Notes under the pieces: model-generated | Databases searched by the model: none | Told to the model about the DNA's origin: nothing | What the model saw: only the letters and a program-made list of their open reading frames with translations | Program-made: the position numbers and the translations under genes | NCBI GenBank assembly: GCA_044867785.1 | Contig: JBIOVM010000175.1 | Span: forward strand, 9,091-73,090 | Length of the DNA: 64,000 bases | Direction of reading: 5' to 3' | Source of the DNA: Candidatus Rokuibacteriota bacterium | Lineage (GTDB): Bacteria; Methylomirabilota; Methylomirabilia; Rokubacteriales; DASRDR01 | In this document: positions 38,202 through 48,228 of the stretch, in pieces | Layout of the letters: the number at the start of each line of letters is the position of its first letter | Numbering within the stretch: the first letter of the stretch is position 1

Positions 38202-39095
38202 ATGGGCAGCCGGGCCAGGTCCGCCGGGAAAGTCCGGATCGGCGTCTCGGGCTGGCGCTACGCGCCCTGGCGAGGAGTGTGGTACCCGGCGGGCCTGCCG
38301 CAACGCCGCGAGCTGGAGTTCTGCGGACGGCACTTTCCGACCGTGGAGCTCAACGGCAGCTTCTATTCCCTCCAGCGCCCGGAGTCCTACGACGCCTGGT
38401 ACCGCGACACGCCGCCCGGCTTTCTGTTCGCCGTGAAGGGATCGCGATACATCACGCACTTTCTCAGACTCCATGCCGTCGAGACGCCGCTCGCCAATTT
38501 CCTGGCGTCGGGGCTCCTGAACCTGCGCGACAAGCTGGGACCGTGTCTCTGGCAATTCCCGGCCACGTTCGCCTACGACCGGGGCCGGCTGGACGGGTTC
38601 TTCCGGCTCCTCCCGCGGAGCACGCGGGAGGCGTTGGCGCTGGCGCGGAAGCGCGATGGGCGAATGATCGGCCGCTCGAGACTTGCCATCGACAGGGAGC
38701 GCCCCTTGCGCCACGCCGTGGAGGTCCGGCACCCGAGCTTCGTCGACGACGACTTCCGTTCGCTGGCGATGCGGCACGGCATCGCGGTCGTCGTCGCCGA
38801 CACGGCGGGCAAGTGGCCCATGATGTTCGAGCCGACGTCGGACATGGTGTACGTGCGGCTGCACGGCGACGCCGAGCTGTACACCAGCGGGTATTCGGAT
38901 GCGGCGCTGGACGTCTGGGCGGACCGCATCCGGCGCTGGGCCCGGTCGGGGTGCGACGTCTACGTGTACTTCGACAACGACGCCAAGGTGAGAGCGCCCT
39001 TCGACGCGCTGAGCCTCATGTCCAGGCTCCGCGTCGACTGGCTGCCGAGCTCGCCCCGCCGGGACCGGCCCGGGCGGGCGCCCGGCGCGCGGTGA
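38202..39095 (+). CDS. DUF72 family protein
   Basis: RIGVSGWRY..W, VELNGSFY, FAVKGSRYITH, YVRLHG, YFDNDAK. Confidence 0.93.
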   Translation: MGSRARSAGKVRIGVSGWRYAPWRGVWYPAGLPQRRELEFCGRHFPTVELNGSFYSLQRPESYDAWYRDTPPGFLFAVKGSRYITHFLRLHAVETPLANFLASGLLNLRDKLGPCLWQFPATFAYDRGRLDGFFRLLPRSTREALALARKRDGRMIGRSRLAIDRERPLRHAVEVRHPSFVDDDFRSLAMRHGIAVVVADTAGKWPMMFEPTSDMVYVRLHGDAELYTSGYSDAALDVWADRIRRWARSGCDVYVYFDNDAKVRAPFDALSLMSRLRVDWLPSSPRRDRPGRAPGAR

Positions 39096-39114
39096 CCGCG
39101 AGCCGACGCGACGG

Positions 39115-39120
39115 TAAGCT
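39115..39120 (+). promoter_or_regulatory. -10 box of a probable leaderless transcript
   Basis: TAAGCT 6 nt before ATG 39127; no RBS present. Confidence 0.5.
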
Positions 39121-39126
39121 CGTGGC

Positions 39127-40854
39127 ATGGACCGCCTGGCGATCGCCCGACAGTTGCGCGAGATCGGACTTCTCCTCGAGCTCCAGGGGGGGAACCCGTT
39201 CAAGGCGCGGGCGTACGAGCGCGGGTCGCGGGCGCTGGAAACGCTCGCGGCCGACCTCGGAACGCTGGTGGATCAGGACCGGCTCACCGAGATTCCGGGA
39301 ATCGGGCGGGCGCTGGCCGGAACGATCCGCGAGCTTCACCGGACCGGCCGGAGCGAGCAGCTCGAGCGGCTGCGAGCCGCGCTCCCGCCCGGCGCGCTCG
39401 AGCTCCACCAGGTGCCGGGTCTCACGGTCCCACGCATCGCCGCGCTCCACCAGGCGCTCGGGATCGCCTCGCTCCGGGATCTGCGGGCGGCGCTGGAAGC
39501 CGGTCGCGTGCGGGCCATTCGCGGCTTCGGGGCGAAGACGGAGGCCAAGCTCCTGGCCGGTCTCCGCCGGCTGGAGGCGCAGGGCGAGCGGTTCCTGCTC
39601 CATCGCGCGACGGCCGAGGGCGAGCTGCTCGTGGCCCACGTTCGGTCGGCGACGGGCGTGGCCCAGGCGGAGCTCGCCGGGGCGCTTCGCCGGCGCGACG
39701 AGACGATCGACCGGCTGGTCGTCGCCGTGGGAGCTGCCGACGCGGCCCGAGCTCTCGACCACGTGACCCGCTATCCCGCAGCCCTCGCGCCGCTCGCGCG
39801 CGCGGCGAGCGCCGTGACCCTCCGGCTGACGAGCGGCCTTCTCGTCGACGCCGAGGTGGCCGAGCCGCGCGCGTTCCCCGGGCTCCTCCACACGCTCACC
39901 GGCTCGGACGCTCACCGGGCCCGGCTGGGGGAGCGCGCGCGGCAGCGGGGTCTGGTGCTGGAGCGCCGGGGGCTCGCCGACGCGAAGAGCGGGCGGCGGC
40001 GACCGATCGAGACCGAGGCGGACCTCTACCGCCACCTTGGGCTTCCGTATCTGCCGCCCGAGGCTCGCGACGAGGCGGTGGACCTCGACGAGGCGGCCGA
40101 TCGCTGCGGCGGCGCGGGACTCGTTCAGGAATCGGACATCCAGGGGATGGTGCATTGCCACACGGTCTACTCGGACGGCGCGGATACGGTCGAGGTCATG
40201 GCCCGGGCGGCGCAGGCCATGGGCATGCGGTATCTGACCGTCACGGACCACTCGCCGACCGCCTCGTACGCGGGCGGCTTGTCGCTGGACCGGCTCCGGC
40301 GCCAGTGGGACGAGATCGCACGCGTGCAGGAGCAGGTGGCCGGCCTCACGATCCTCCGCGGCACGGAGAGCGACATCCTCGCGGACGGACGGCTCGACTA
40401 TCCGGATTCGGTGCTGGAGCAGCTCGACGTCATCATCGCGAGCATCCACAACCGCCACCGCATGGACGAGGCGCTGATGACGCGACGGCTCGTCCAGGCG
40501 ATGCGCCACCCCTGCTTCAAGATCTGGGGCCACGCGCTCGGACGCTACGTCCTCCGTCGCCCCCCCATCGCGTGCCGCATGGAAGAGGTGCTCGACGCGG
40601 CCGCGCAGTCACGCGTGGCGATCGAGGTGAACGGGAACCCTCATCGGCTGGACATGGAACCTCGCTGGCAACGCGAGGCCGCGCGCCGGGGCCTTCGGTT
40701 CGTGGTCTCCACCGACGCGCACTCCACCGCCGAGCTCCGGCACCTACGGTACGGGATCGACATGGCGCGCCGGGGGCTTCTGGCGCCGGCGGACGTGCTG
40801 AACACCCTGCCTCCGTCGGCCTTCCGGCAGGCCGTCAAACCGACCGGGGCCTGA
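39127..40854 (+). CDS. polX: PolX-PHP family protein (polymerase site degenerate)
   Basis: NPFKARAY, IPGIG HhH, GALRRRDETI, TGS; PHP motifs HCHT, TDHS, GTESD, SIH, GH, STDAH. Confidence 0.92.
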   Translation: MDRLAIARQLREIGLLLELQGGNPFKARAYERGSRALETLAADLGTLVDQDRLTEIPGIGRALAGTIRELHRTGRSEQLERLRAALPPGALELHQVPGLTVPRIAALHQALGIASLRDLRAALEAGRVRAIRGFGAKTEAKLLAGLRRLEAQGERFLLHRATAEGELLVAHVRSATGVAQAELAGALRRRDETIDRLVVAVGAADAARALDHVTRYPAALAPLARAASAVTLRLTSGLLVDAEVAEPRAFPGLLHTLTGSDAHRARLGERARQRGLVLERRGLADAKSGRRRPIETEADLYRHLGLPYLPPEARDEAVDLDEAADRCGGAGLVQESDIQGMVHCHTVYSDGADTVEVMARAAQAMGMRYLTVTDHSPTASYAGGLSLDRLRRQWDEIARVQEQVAGLTILRGTESDILADGRLDYPDSVLEQLDVIIASIHNRHRMDEALMTRRLVQAMRHPCFKIWGHALGRYVLRRPPIACRMEEVLDAAAQSRVAIEVNGNPHRLDMEPRWQREAARRGLRFVVSTDAHSTAELRHLRYGIDMARRGLLAPADVLNTLPPSAFRQAVKPTGA

Positions 40855-42022
40855 CCTCGACGGCTCCGGGAGGCTCCGTGACGCCGAAGGCCATCGCCAG
40901 GGCCCAGGCGAGGAACCCGGGCGTGACGATGGCGACCCGCCAGCTTCCGGTCAGCCCGTAGAGGAGGAGCGGCAGGGCTACGGCGCCGACGAGCCACGCC
41001 GGGCGTCGGACCAGGCGCCCGCCGAGCCCCAGCAGCAGGAGCGGCGCCACCAGGAAGACGTACGACGCGTAGAAGCCGTAGTACGACCGGCGCGGCAGGA
41101 GATGGTCGATCCCCGGGAAGAGGAGCACGGCGTCGAAGATCGCGGCGATCGAGGCGATGAGGAACACGACCGACGCCGCGGTCCAGAGCCCGCGCCGTCG
41201 GCCTCGGGAATGCTGCGCGTGCCAGAAGGCGGCACACGCCGTGAGCGCGTGGGTCGCCGACGGGTACCAGATCACGGGATTGCCCCGCCATTCCCAGTCA
41301 GGAAGGCGGGGCACGACGAGCACGGACACCAGGGAGTGCAGGACTAAGGCGGCGAGGAGCGCCGCCCCCAGGGCCGGCAGCCGATCGGGGCGGGGGAAGA
41401 CGGCCCGCAGGCGCGTTTCGCGGCCGCGATACCGCTCACCGACCGCCGCGAAGAGGATGAACAGGCTCCCGAGGAGCTCCGAGCCTTCCTCGAGCCGCCC
41501 GCTGCGCCACCAGTCCCAGCCCGCGAGCTTCCCGTGCTCGGCGGCTTCCTGGATCGCGATGCTTCCGTAGCAGATGTAGCCGGCCGCCACCAGCAGGACG
41601 GCCCGCCATCGGCCGAACCGGCGCGCGAGGGCCAGGAGCGACCAGCCGAGCAGCGCCAGCGAGACGATCCCGATGGCGAGGAGCGGGGTCCAGCCCCAGT
41701 GCGCACTGAGGCGCTCGTGTATGGAGGCGACCTCGTCGATGGAGAGGCCGAGCGAGGGGAGTCCGAGCAGCGTCCACGCTCGGCGCTCCTCGGGGGGCGC
41801 CTCGCCCGCGACCTCGAGCAGGAGCATCGAGCCGAGGAAGAGCAGAGCGCCCGACCACCAGACGCCGAGGTTGTTCTCGCTGGCCAGGTCGAGCCACGGT
41901 CGGACATGGGCGAGGACCGCGTGGGCCCGAGGCCAGAGGGGCTCGAGCCACGAGTACCAGGTCGACCCGGTGGCATGGACGAAGACGGCGCTTCCGAGGC
42001 AGCCCCACAGCCACCAGGGCAT
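40835..42022 (-). CDS. Polytopic membrane protein, unknown function
   Basis: Roughly 10 hydrophobic segments; ENNLGVWWS, SIDEVASIHE and LEEGSE motifs. Confidence 0.75.
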   Translation of the reverse strand: MPWWLWGCLGSAVFVHATGSTWYSWLEPLWPRAHAVLAHVRPWLDLASENNLGVWWSGALLFLGSMLLLEVAGEAPPEERRAWTLLGLPSLGLSIDEVASIHERLSAHWGWTPLLAIGIVSLALLGWSLLALARRFGRWRAVLLVAAGYICYGSIAIQEAAEHGKLAGWDWWRSGRLEEGSELLGSLFILFAAVGERYRGRETRLRAVFPRPDRLPALGAALLAALVLHSLVSVLVVPRLPDWEWRGNPVIWYPSATHALTACAAFWHAQHSRGRRRGLWTAASVVFLIASIAAIFDAVLLFPGIDHLLPRRSYYGFYASYVFLVAPLLLLGLGGRLVRRPAWLVGAVALPLLLYGLTGSWRVAIVTPGFLAWALAMAFGVTEPPGAVEVRPRSV

Positions 42023-42192
42023 GATCGTCGCCGCCCGCGGCGCCCCCGGCGCCGTCGATCCGCTCACGGTGTCGCAAAATACGCTCGACCGAAACGCCGC
42101 GTCAAGAATGCCCGGCGCGGCCGAGCGTGCCTGCGCGCGCGACGGCGTTTCGGTCGACGCGTCGCTCTGGTAGGCTACCTCCCGGAATCGCG

Positions 42193-43119
42193 ATGAGGAC
42201 CACATTCGCGGGCTGGCCGGCGTGCGACGGTCCGTCGGCCGCCCGCGCGTCCCTCGGCATCCTCGGCGCGCCGCACGCCACCCCCTACCGCCGCGGCGAG
42301 CCGAGCCACTCGGCGGCCGCCCCGCAAGCCCTGCGGGAGGCTCTCACCGGGTACGCGCGAAGCCGGGAGCAGTACGATTTCGACATCGGCGCCTTGCTGC
42401 CGACGGACGTCGAAGACTGCGGCGACGTGGCCGGGGACCCCGCGGATCCGGAGGGCAATCGAGACCGCATCACGGCGGCGGTCCGCACGCTCCTCGACAA
42501 CGGCGTGGCACCGGTGATCCTCGGCGGGGACGACTCCGTGCCGATTCCCGTGTTCCGCGCGTTCGAGGGCCGCGGCCCGCTCACGGTCGTGCAGGTCGAC
42601 GCCCATCTCGACTGGCGGGACGAAGTGCACGGCGAGCGGCACGGCTGGAGCAGCCCGATGCGCCGGGCGTCGGAGATGCCGTGGATCCGGCACATGATCC
42701 AAGTCGGGCTCCGGGGCGTCGGGAGCGCGCGAGCATCGGACGTGGCGGACGCCCAGGGCTGGGGCGTCGAGATCGTGACCGCCGAAGAGGTGCATCGAGC
42801 GGGCGTCGCGCGGGCGATCGGCCTCGTGCCCGAGGGGATCCCGTGCCTGGTGACCGTGGACTGCGACGGGCTGGATCCCTCGATCATGCCGGCGGTGATG
42901 GCAGCGGCTCCGGGTGGGCTCGCGTACTGGCACGTCGTGGAATTGATCCGGGGGTTGGGACGTCGGGCGCCCATCGCCGGCTTCGACCTCGTGGAGCTCG
43001 TCCCCGAGCGCGACGTCCACCGGCTGGCGGCGCGCACCGCCGCCCGCATCGTGTGCAACGCGATCGCCGCGATGGCCTCGCGCCGCCCGGCGCCGCGGGA
43101 CGCCGCCGGCCCCCGATGA
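42193..43119 (+). CDS. Arginase/agmatinase-family ureohydrolase
   Basis: LGGDDS, VDAHLD, QVGLRG, TVDCDGLDP, DLVEL. Confidence 0.92.
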   Translation: MRTTFAGWPACDGPSAARASLGILGAPHATPYRRGEPSHSAAAPQALREALTGYARSREQYDFDIGALLPTDVEDCGDVAGDPADPEGNRDRITAAVRTLLDNGVAPVILGGDDSVPIPVFRAFEGRGPLTVVQVDAHLDWRDEVHGERHGWSSPMRRASEMPWIRHMIQVGLRGVGSARASDVADAQGWGVEIVTAEEVHRAGVARAIGLVPEGIPCLVTVDCDGLDPSIMPAVMAAAPGGLAYWHVVELIRGLGRRAPIAGFDLVELVPERDVHRLAARTAARIVCNAIAAMASRRPAPRDAAGPR

Positions 43120-43928
43120 CGCCAGCCGCGAGCTTGCGCATCGGCTTGGCCGCGGCGCGGAACGCGTCGACTGTCGAGGAGCGTCTCGAGATCGTCGAGC
43201 GCTTCCTGGCGGACGCCGGCGCGCGGGGAGTGGCGATCGTCTGCTTTCCCGAGACCTACGTGCCGGGATTGCGGGGGCAGGACTTCCCCGTTCCGCCGCC
43301 CGATCAACCGCGGCAGGAGGCGGCGCTCGAGGCGATCCGGGCGGCCGCCGAGCGGCATCGCGTGGCCGTCCTCATGGGGATGGAGTGGGAGTCCACCCTC
43401 GGGCTGCACAACGTCGCGTTCGTGATCTCGCGCGACGGCGTCATCCTAGGCTACCAGGCGAAGAACCAGCTTCCGCCGGAGGAGGAGCCGTTCTACGTGC
43501 CCGACGGGCGTCGACGGCTGTTCGAGGTCGACGGCGTGCCTTTCGGCATCACGATCTGCCACGAGGGGTGGCGCTACCCGGAGGCCGTCCGGTGGTCGGC
43601 CGCCCGCGGCGCCCGCCTGGTCTTCCATCCGCAGCTCACGGGCAGCGATCGCGCGGGGATGATCCTCGAGCGCTGGGGCGACCCGCGCTCCCCCTACTAC
43701 GAGAAGGCGATGGTCGCCCGGAGCATCGAGAACACGATCTACTTCGCCAGCGTGAACTGCGCGATGCGCTACCAGGACTCCGCGACGAGCCTCGTCGGGC
43801 CGGACGGGGAGTGCCTGGCGCACGTTCCGTACGGGTGCGAGCAGCTGCTCGTGCACGACGTCGACCTCGCGCGGGCCACCGGGCTCTCAGCTCGCCGCTA
43901 CAACCCCGCCTTCTATCCGCCGGCGTAG
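43116..43928 (+). CDS. Carbon-nitrogen hydrolase (nitrilase superfamily)
   Basis: CFPE, QAK, ICHE catalytic triad; ATGA overlap with the ureohydrolase. Confidence 0.92.
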   Translation: MTPAASLRIGLAAARNASTVEERLEIVERFLADAGARGVAIVCFPETYVPGLRGQDFPVPPPDQPRQEAALEAIRAAAERHRVAVLMGMEWESTLGLHNVAFVISRDGVILGYQAKNQLPPEEEPFYVPDGRRRLFEVDGVPFGITICHEGWRYPEAVRWSAARGARLVFHPQLTGSDRAGMILERWGDPRSPYYEKAMVARSIENTIYFASVNCAMRYQDSATSLVGPDGECLAHVPYGCEQLLVHDVDLARATGLSARRYNPAFYPPA

Positions 43929-44125
43929 GCCGTCGAGGTCGACTGCCGGTGGCGCGGTGCGCGACCGGCCATGTGCTCCGCAACCCGGCACGGTACTATG
44001 CGGGAGACGCTCGAGAGCTTCTGGCATTGCGGCGGTCGACGGCCGCCGGGACTCCGGCGCGGTGGTGCGCCGGGCAAGCCCCCCTACGCGCGGTCCGGCG
44101 CGAAGCCGGCGGAGGACACGTGACC

Positions 44126-45013
44126 ATGGAGCGGAAGCAGGCTTCGGACTACCCGCAGGAGCTCCTGGACCTCTTTCACGAGTACCAGCACGGGTACATC
44201 ACGCGCCGCGACTTCTTCGACCGCGCGGCGCGGTTCGCCGTCGGCGGCCTGACGGTGACGGCGATCTGGGAAAGCCTCAGACCGAACTATGCATGGGCCC
44301 AGCAGGTGCCCAAGGACGACCCGCGGATCACCGCGGAGTACGAGACGGTCCCGTCACCGGCCGGTAACGGCTCGATCAAGGGGTACTTCGTCCGCCCGTC
44401 CCGCGCCGCGGGGAAGCGGCCGACGGTGCTGGTCATCCACGAGAACCGCGGGCTCAACCCCTACATCGAGGACGTGGCTCGCCGCCTGGCGGTGCTCGAC
44501 TTCGTGGCCTACGCGCCGGACGGCCTCACGTCGGTCGGGGGCTACCCGGGCGACGACGAGAAGGCCGCCGTGGCGTTCCGGAGCGTGGACCAGGGGAAGA
44601 TGGCCGAGGACTTCATCGCCGCGGGCAAGTGGCTGAAAGCGCGCCCGGAGTCGAGCGGCAAGCTCGGGGCCGTCGGGTTCTGCTTCGGCGGCGGGATGGT
44701 CAATCAGCTCGCCGTGCGACTGCCGGAGCTCGACGCGGGCGTCCCGTTCTACGGCCGGCAAGCGAGCGCCGACCTGGTGCCGCAGATCAAGGCGTCGCTC
44801 CTCCTCCAGTACGCCGGCAACGACCAGAACATCAACGCCGGGATCGCGGCCTACGAGGCGGCGCTGAAGGCGAACGGCAAGACGTACACCCAGTACGTCT
44901 ACGAGGGGACGCAGCACGGCTTCCACAACGACACCACTCCGCGCTACGACGAGAACGCCGCGAAGCTCGCGTGGCAGCGGACGGTCGACTTCTTCAACCG
45001 GTCGCTTCGGTAG
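44126..45013 (+). CDS. Dienelactone hydrolase family (YghX-like)
   Basis: ITRRDFF, HENRGLNP, GFCFGG, HGFHNDTTPRY; GGAGG RBS. Confidence 0.93.
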   Translation: MERKQASDYPQELLDLFHEYQHGYITRRDFFDRAARFAVGGLTVTAIWESLRPNYAWAQQVPKDDPRITAEYETVPSPAGNGSIKGYFVRPSRAAGKRPTVLVIHENRGLNPYIEDVARRLAVLDFVAYAPDGLTSVGGYPGDDEKAAVAFRSVDQGKMAEDFIAAGKWLKARPESSGKLGAVGFCFGGGMVNQLAVRLPELDAGVPFYGRQASADLVPQIKASLLLQYAGNDQNINAGIAAYEAALKANGKTYTQYVYEGTQHGFHNDTTPRYDENAAKLAWQRTVDFFNRSLR

Positions 45014-45145
45014 ACTGCGCGCCAGGGGGTTGCGGGCCGCCGCCGTCCGGCCCGCGCCCCCCGCCCCGGCCGATGAGCCCGGGCGCCCCCGTCGAGATGC
45101 GCGGGTCGCTGTCTTCCCGCCCGGAAAGAGCGTACCGTCGTCTCG

Positions 45146-45424
45146 ATGGCTCTCGACGACGAGCGCTGCTGCTTTTGCCGGCGTGCGGTGCAAGTCGGGG
45201 AATGGGCCGAGCGCCCGGGCTGGCTGGCGATCGAGTGCCCCGTCTGTGGCCCCTATCGGGTCGAGCGTCAGTTCTGGCTCACCGCGCACTTCAAGAAGGC
45301 GCGTGAGCCGGTCCTCTACCGGCGCCTGGCCGCGTGGCTCGCGGAGTCGCCGGGGCGGATCCCGCCGCCCGAGATCCCGTTCGAGGGATGGCAGGCGGTG
45401 GCGAGCTCGCGCGACGAGGCCTGA
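45146..45424 (+). CDS. Small hypothetical Zn-ribbon protein
   Basis: CCFC...CPVCG; fills the gap before the convergent sigma gene. Confidence 0.55.
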   Translation: MALDDERCCFCRRAVQVGEWAERPGWLAIECPVCGPYRVERQFWLTAHFKKAREPVLYRRLAAWLAESPGRIPPPEIPFEGWQAVASSRDEA

Positions 45425-45430
45425 CCGAGC

Positions 45431-46684
45431 TCAGTCCCGCAGCTCGCGCAGCCGCCGCTCGAGGAATCGCCGCTCCGGCTCCTGCCGCGTGAGGCCGAGG
45501 GCTCGCTCGAAGGACGCCCGGGCGTCGGCCGTTCGCCCCAGCCGCCGGCACAGCTCGGCTCGCGCGGAATGGGCGAGGTGGTATCCCGCCAGGTCTCCGC
45601 GGGCGAGGATCTCGTCGATCAGCGCGAGCCCCGCCAGCGGTCCGTCCCGCATCGCCACCGCTGCCGCGCGGTTCAGCTCGACGACGGGGGACGGCTCGGG
45701 CTCGAGCAGCGCGTCGTAGAGGGCGACGATCTGGCCCCAGTCGGTGGCCGCCGCCGTCGGCGCCCCGGCGTGCACCGCCGCGATGGCCGCCTGGAGCGTG
45801 TAGGGGCCGATGCGGCTCGAAGCCAGCGCCCGCTGGACCAGCGCCGAGCCCTCGGCGATCTGCTCGCGGTTCCAGAGCGTGCGATCCTGCTCGTCCAGCA
45901 GCACCAGCTCGCCGTCGGGTGAGGCACGGGCCGGGCGCCGCGACTCGTGGAGCAGCATCAGGGCCAGGAGCCCCATCACCTCCGGATCCGGCAGGAGCTC
46001 CAGGAGCAGCCGGCCCAGACGGAGCGCCTCGCCGGAGAGGTCGTGCCGGGTCAGCGAGGCGCCCGACGACGCGAAGTACCCCTCGTTGAACACCAGGTAG
46101 ATGACCTGGAGCACGATGTCGAGTCGCTCGGGCAGCTCGGCCCGCGACGGCACCTGGTAGGGAATGCGGGCGTCGCGGATCTTCGCCTTGGCGCGCACGA
46201 TGCGCTGGGCGACCGTCGGGGGCGCGGCGAGAAAGGCCCGGGCGATCTCCTCGGTCGTGAGGCCGCAGACCTCGCGGAGCGTCAGCGCCGCCTGGGCGTC
46301 GGGGGCGAGCGCCGGGTGGCAGCAGGTGAAGATCAGCCGCAGTCGGTCGTCCTCGACGCTCTCGGCGTCCGATCCGCCGGGCTCGTCCGGCTCGGCGTCG
46401 AGCCGCTCGGCGAGCTCGGCCAGCGAGCGGTCGAAACGGGCGCGCCGGCGCAGGACGTCGATGGCCTTGAATCGGCCGGCCGACACGAGCCACGCGCGGG
46501 GGTTGGCGGGCACGCCGTCCCGGGGCCATCGCTCCACCGCGGCCGCGAAGGCCTCGTGGAGCGCCTCCTCGGCGAGGTCGAAATCGCCGAGGAGGCGGAT
46601 CAGGGTCGCGAGGACGCGGCGCGAGTCGGCCCGATAGACGGCCTCGACCTGGGCGCGCGTCCGCTCGACCGTGTCGTCCGTCAC
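45431..46684 (-). CDS. ECF sigma factor with C-terminal TPR-like extension (YciI-associated type)
   Basis: DLAEEA, DDRLRLIFTCCHPAL, QRIVRAK, YLVFNEGY, LQAAIAAVH; GTGA overlap with YciI. Confidence 0.93.
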   Translation of the reverse strand: MTDDTVERTRAQVEAVYRADSRRVLATLIRLLGDFDLAEEALHEAFAAAVERWPRDGVPANPRAWLVSAGRFKAIDVLRRRARFDRSLAELAERLDAEPDEPGGSDAESVEDDRLRLIFTCCHPALAPDAQAALTLREVCGLTTEEIARAFLAAPPTVAQRIVRAKAKIRDARIPYQVPSRAELPERLDIVLQVIYLVFNEGYFASSGASLTRHDLSGEALRLGRLLLELLPDPEVMGLLALMLLHESRRPARASPDGELVLLDEQDRTLWNREQIAEGSALVQRALASSRIGPYTLQAAIAAVHAGAPTAAATDWGQIVALYDALLEPEPSPVVELNRAAAVAMRDGPLAGLALIDEILARGDLAGYHLAHSARAELCRRLGRTADARASFERALGLTRQEPERRFLERRLRELRD

Positions 46685-47058
46685 CGGCGACGCCTCTCCT
46701 CGGCGAGCGCGGCGAGCTCGCGGACCGGCCGCACCTCGATGCATCCGAGGCGCAGCGGCGGGATCTTGGACGCCACCTGGATGGCGTCCTCGCGATCCCG
46801 GGCCTCGATGAGCATGAAGCCGCCCAGTTGCTCCTTCGTCTCGGCGAACGGGCCATCGGTCGCGGCCACGCGGCCGGCGCGACGCCGGATGGTGGTCGCG
46901 GTCTCTACCGGCTGGAGCCCGTCCGAGACGATGTAGTGGCCGCTCTTCCGCAGCACCTCGCGGTAGGCGAGGACGTCATCGACGAGGGCGTCGTATTCCG
47001 CGGGGGGCAGGGCTTCCAGCTGCCGCTCGTCGTAATAGACCAGGCACAGGAACTTCAT
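46681..47058 (-). CDS. YciI (DGPF) family protein
   Basis: TDGPFAETKEQLGGF..IEVRP; GGAGG RBS. Confidence 0.93.
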   Translation of the reverse strand: MKFLCLVYYDERQLEALPPAEYDALVDDVLAYREVLRKSGHYIVSDGLQPVETATTIRRRAGRVAATDGPFAETKEQLGGFMLIEARDREDAIQVASKIPPLRLGCIEVRPVRELAALAEERRRR

Positions 47059-47109
47059 GCGTCCCTCCGCGCGGCCGGAGCATCGGCCACCGTGACTGGG
47101 GCCATTCAC

Positions 47110-47134
47110 GTCGACGCGCGCCCATCCATTCGAC
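47110..47134 (-). promoter_or_regulatory. Putative ECF promoter GTCGA-N16-CGAC
   Basis: GTCGAAT..CGACGT upstream of the yciI-sigma operon; motif shared with two other sites. Confidence 0.6.
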
Positions 47135-47261
47135 CACGGAGCGGGGGACCGGCGGCTCGGACGCCGGTGGCGGATCGGTCGCGCGGCTTGATGATCGCGC
47201 CGGCGACCGGTACCGTGGGAATGAGACCCCGGATTTCCCTCGACGTGAAAAGGAGTCTGAC

Positions 47262-47657
47262 ATGGACCATACCGTCGTGCACTTCGAGATTCCGGCCGAC
47301 GACCCCGAGCGGGCGGCGAAGTTCTACCGCGAGCTCTTCGGGTGGGGCATCCAGAAGATGGTGATGGACGGGGGCCCCGAGTACTGGGGGGTCACCACCG
47401 TGCCCACGGACGCTCAGGGACGGCCGGCCCGCCCGGGCGCGAACGGGGGCCTCATGCGCCGCCAGCACCCCGGCCACGTGCCCGTGAACTACATCGCGGT
47501 CGAGAGCGTGGACGAGTCCGTGAAGAAAGCCAAGCGCCTGGGCGCCGGGGACGTCATGCCGAAGACGCCGGTGAAGGGAATGGGCTGGTTTGCCTGGCTG
47601 AAAGACACCGAGGGCAACGTGTTCGGCCTCTGGCAAACCGACGAGAAGGCGGCCTGA
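47262..47657 (+). CDS. VOC/glyoxalase family protein
   Basis: VVHFEIPADD..RAAKFY..LFGW, DTEGNVFGLW; AAGGAG RBS. Confidence 0.92.
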   Translation: MDHTVVHFEIPADDPERAAKFYRELFGWGIQKMVMDGGPEYWGVTTVPTDAQGRPARPGANGGLMRRQHPGHVPVNYIAVESVDESVKKAKRLGAGDVMPKTPVKGMGWFAWLKDTEGNVFGLWQTDEKAA

Positions 47658-47795
47658 CGGCGAGGAGCGGGGCCGCCCGTCCACGTTCGCGCGGGGGGGC
47701 GGCTCCCTTCCCTTCGGTCGCGCCGCCCGCCCGCCCGCCCCGGCTATCGGCGCGCTCGTGCCGACCGGTCGCAGCCGGGTCGGGCGCCGCGGCGG

Positions 47796-48155
47796 TCACG
47801 CGTCGACGAGGATCTTGAAGCCGCCGTAGGCCATGCGCTTCACGTCGAAGGGCATCGACTTCGGATCCATCATGCGGGCGAGGCGGGGGTCCTTCATCAC
47901 CTTCGCATTGACCCGGTCGCGGTGCGCGCGCGATTTGTACACGATCCAGGAGAACACCACGGTATCGCCCGGCTTCGCCTTGGCGACTCGCGGAAATGGC
48001 GCTCCGAACTTCACCTTGAGGTCGTCGCCGACGCACTCCCGGTACTCCAGGGCGCCGTGCTCGCGCCAGACCCGACCGGCCTTCCGGGCGATCTGTAGGT
48101 AGGCGGCCACGTTCTTCCTCGGCACCGGGATGAGAAAGCCGTCGATGTACCGCAT
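47796..48155 (-). CDS. DUF1428 family protein
   Basis: YIDGF..PVP, HGALEYRECVGDD, VVFSWI, MPFDVKRMAYGGF. Confidence 0.93.
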   Translation of the reverse strand: MRYIDGFLIPVPRKNVAAYLQIARKAGRVWREHGALEYRECVGDDLKVKFGAPFPRVAKAKPGDTVVFSWIVYKSRAHRDRVNAKVMKDPRLARMMDPKSMPFDVKRMAYGGFKILVDA

Positions 48156-48228
48156 GGGTCCTCCGTTCGTCAAGCGATGTCGGGGCGGCCCGGGGCCGCG
48201 GCGCTGCCCGCGAGGCGGCGCCCCGCGG

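Noticed and set aside
43990-44125. Structured 5' leader of the DLH gene (TACTAT plus three GC hairpins) as a guanidine-II or other riboswitch
   Set aside because: The loops do not fit paired ACGR tetraloops, and hairpins are expected at this GC. An Rfam scan would be needed.
47215-47247. Fourth ECF promoter before the VOC gene
   Set aside because: CGACGT is present but there is no GTCGA at the 16-17 nt spacing.
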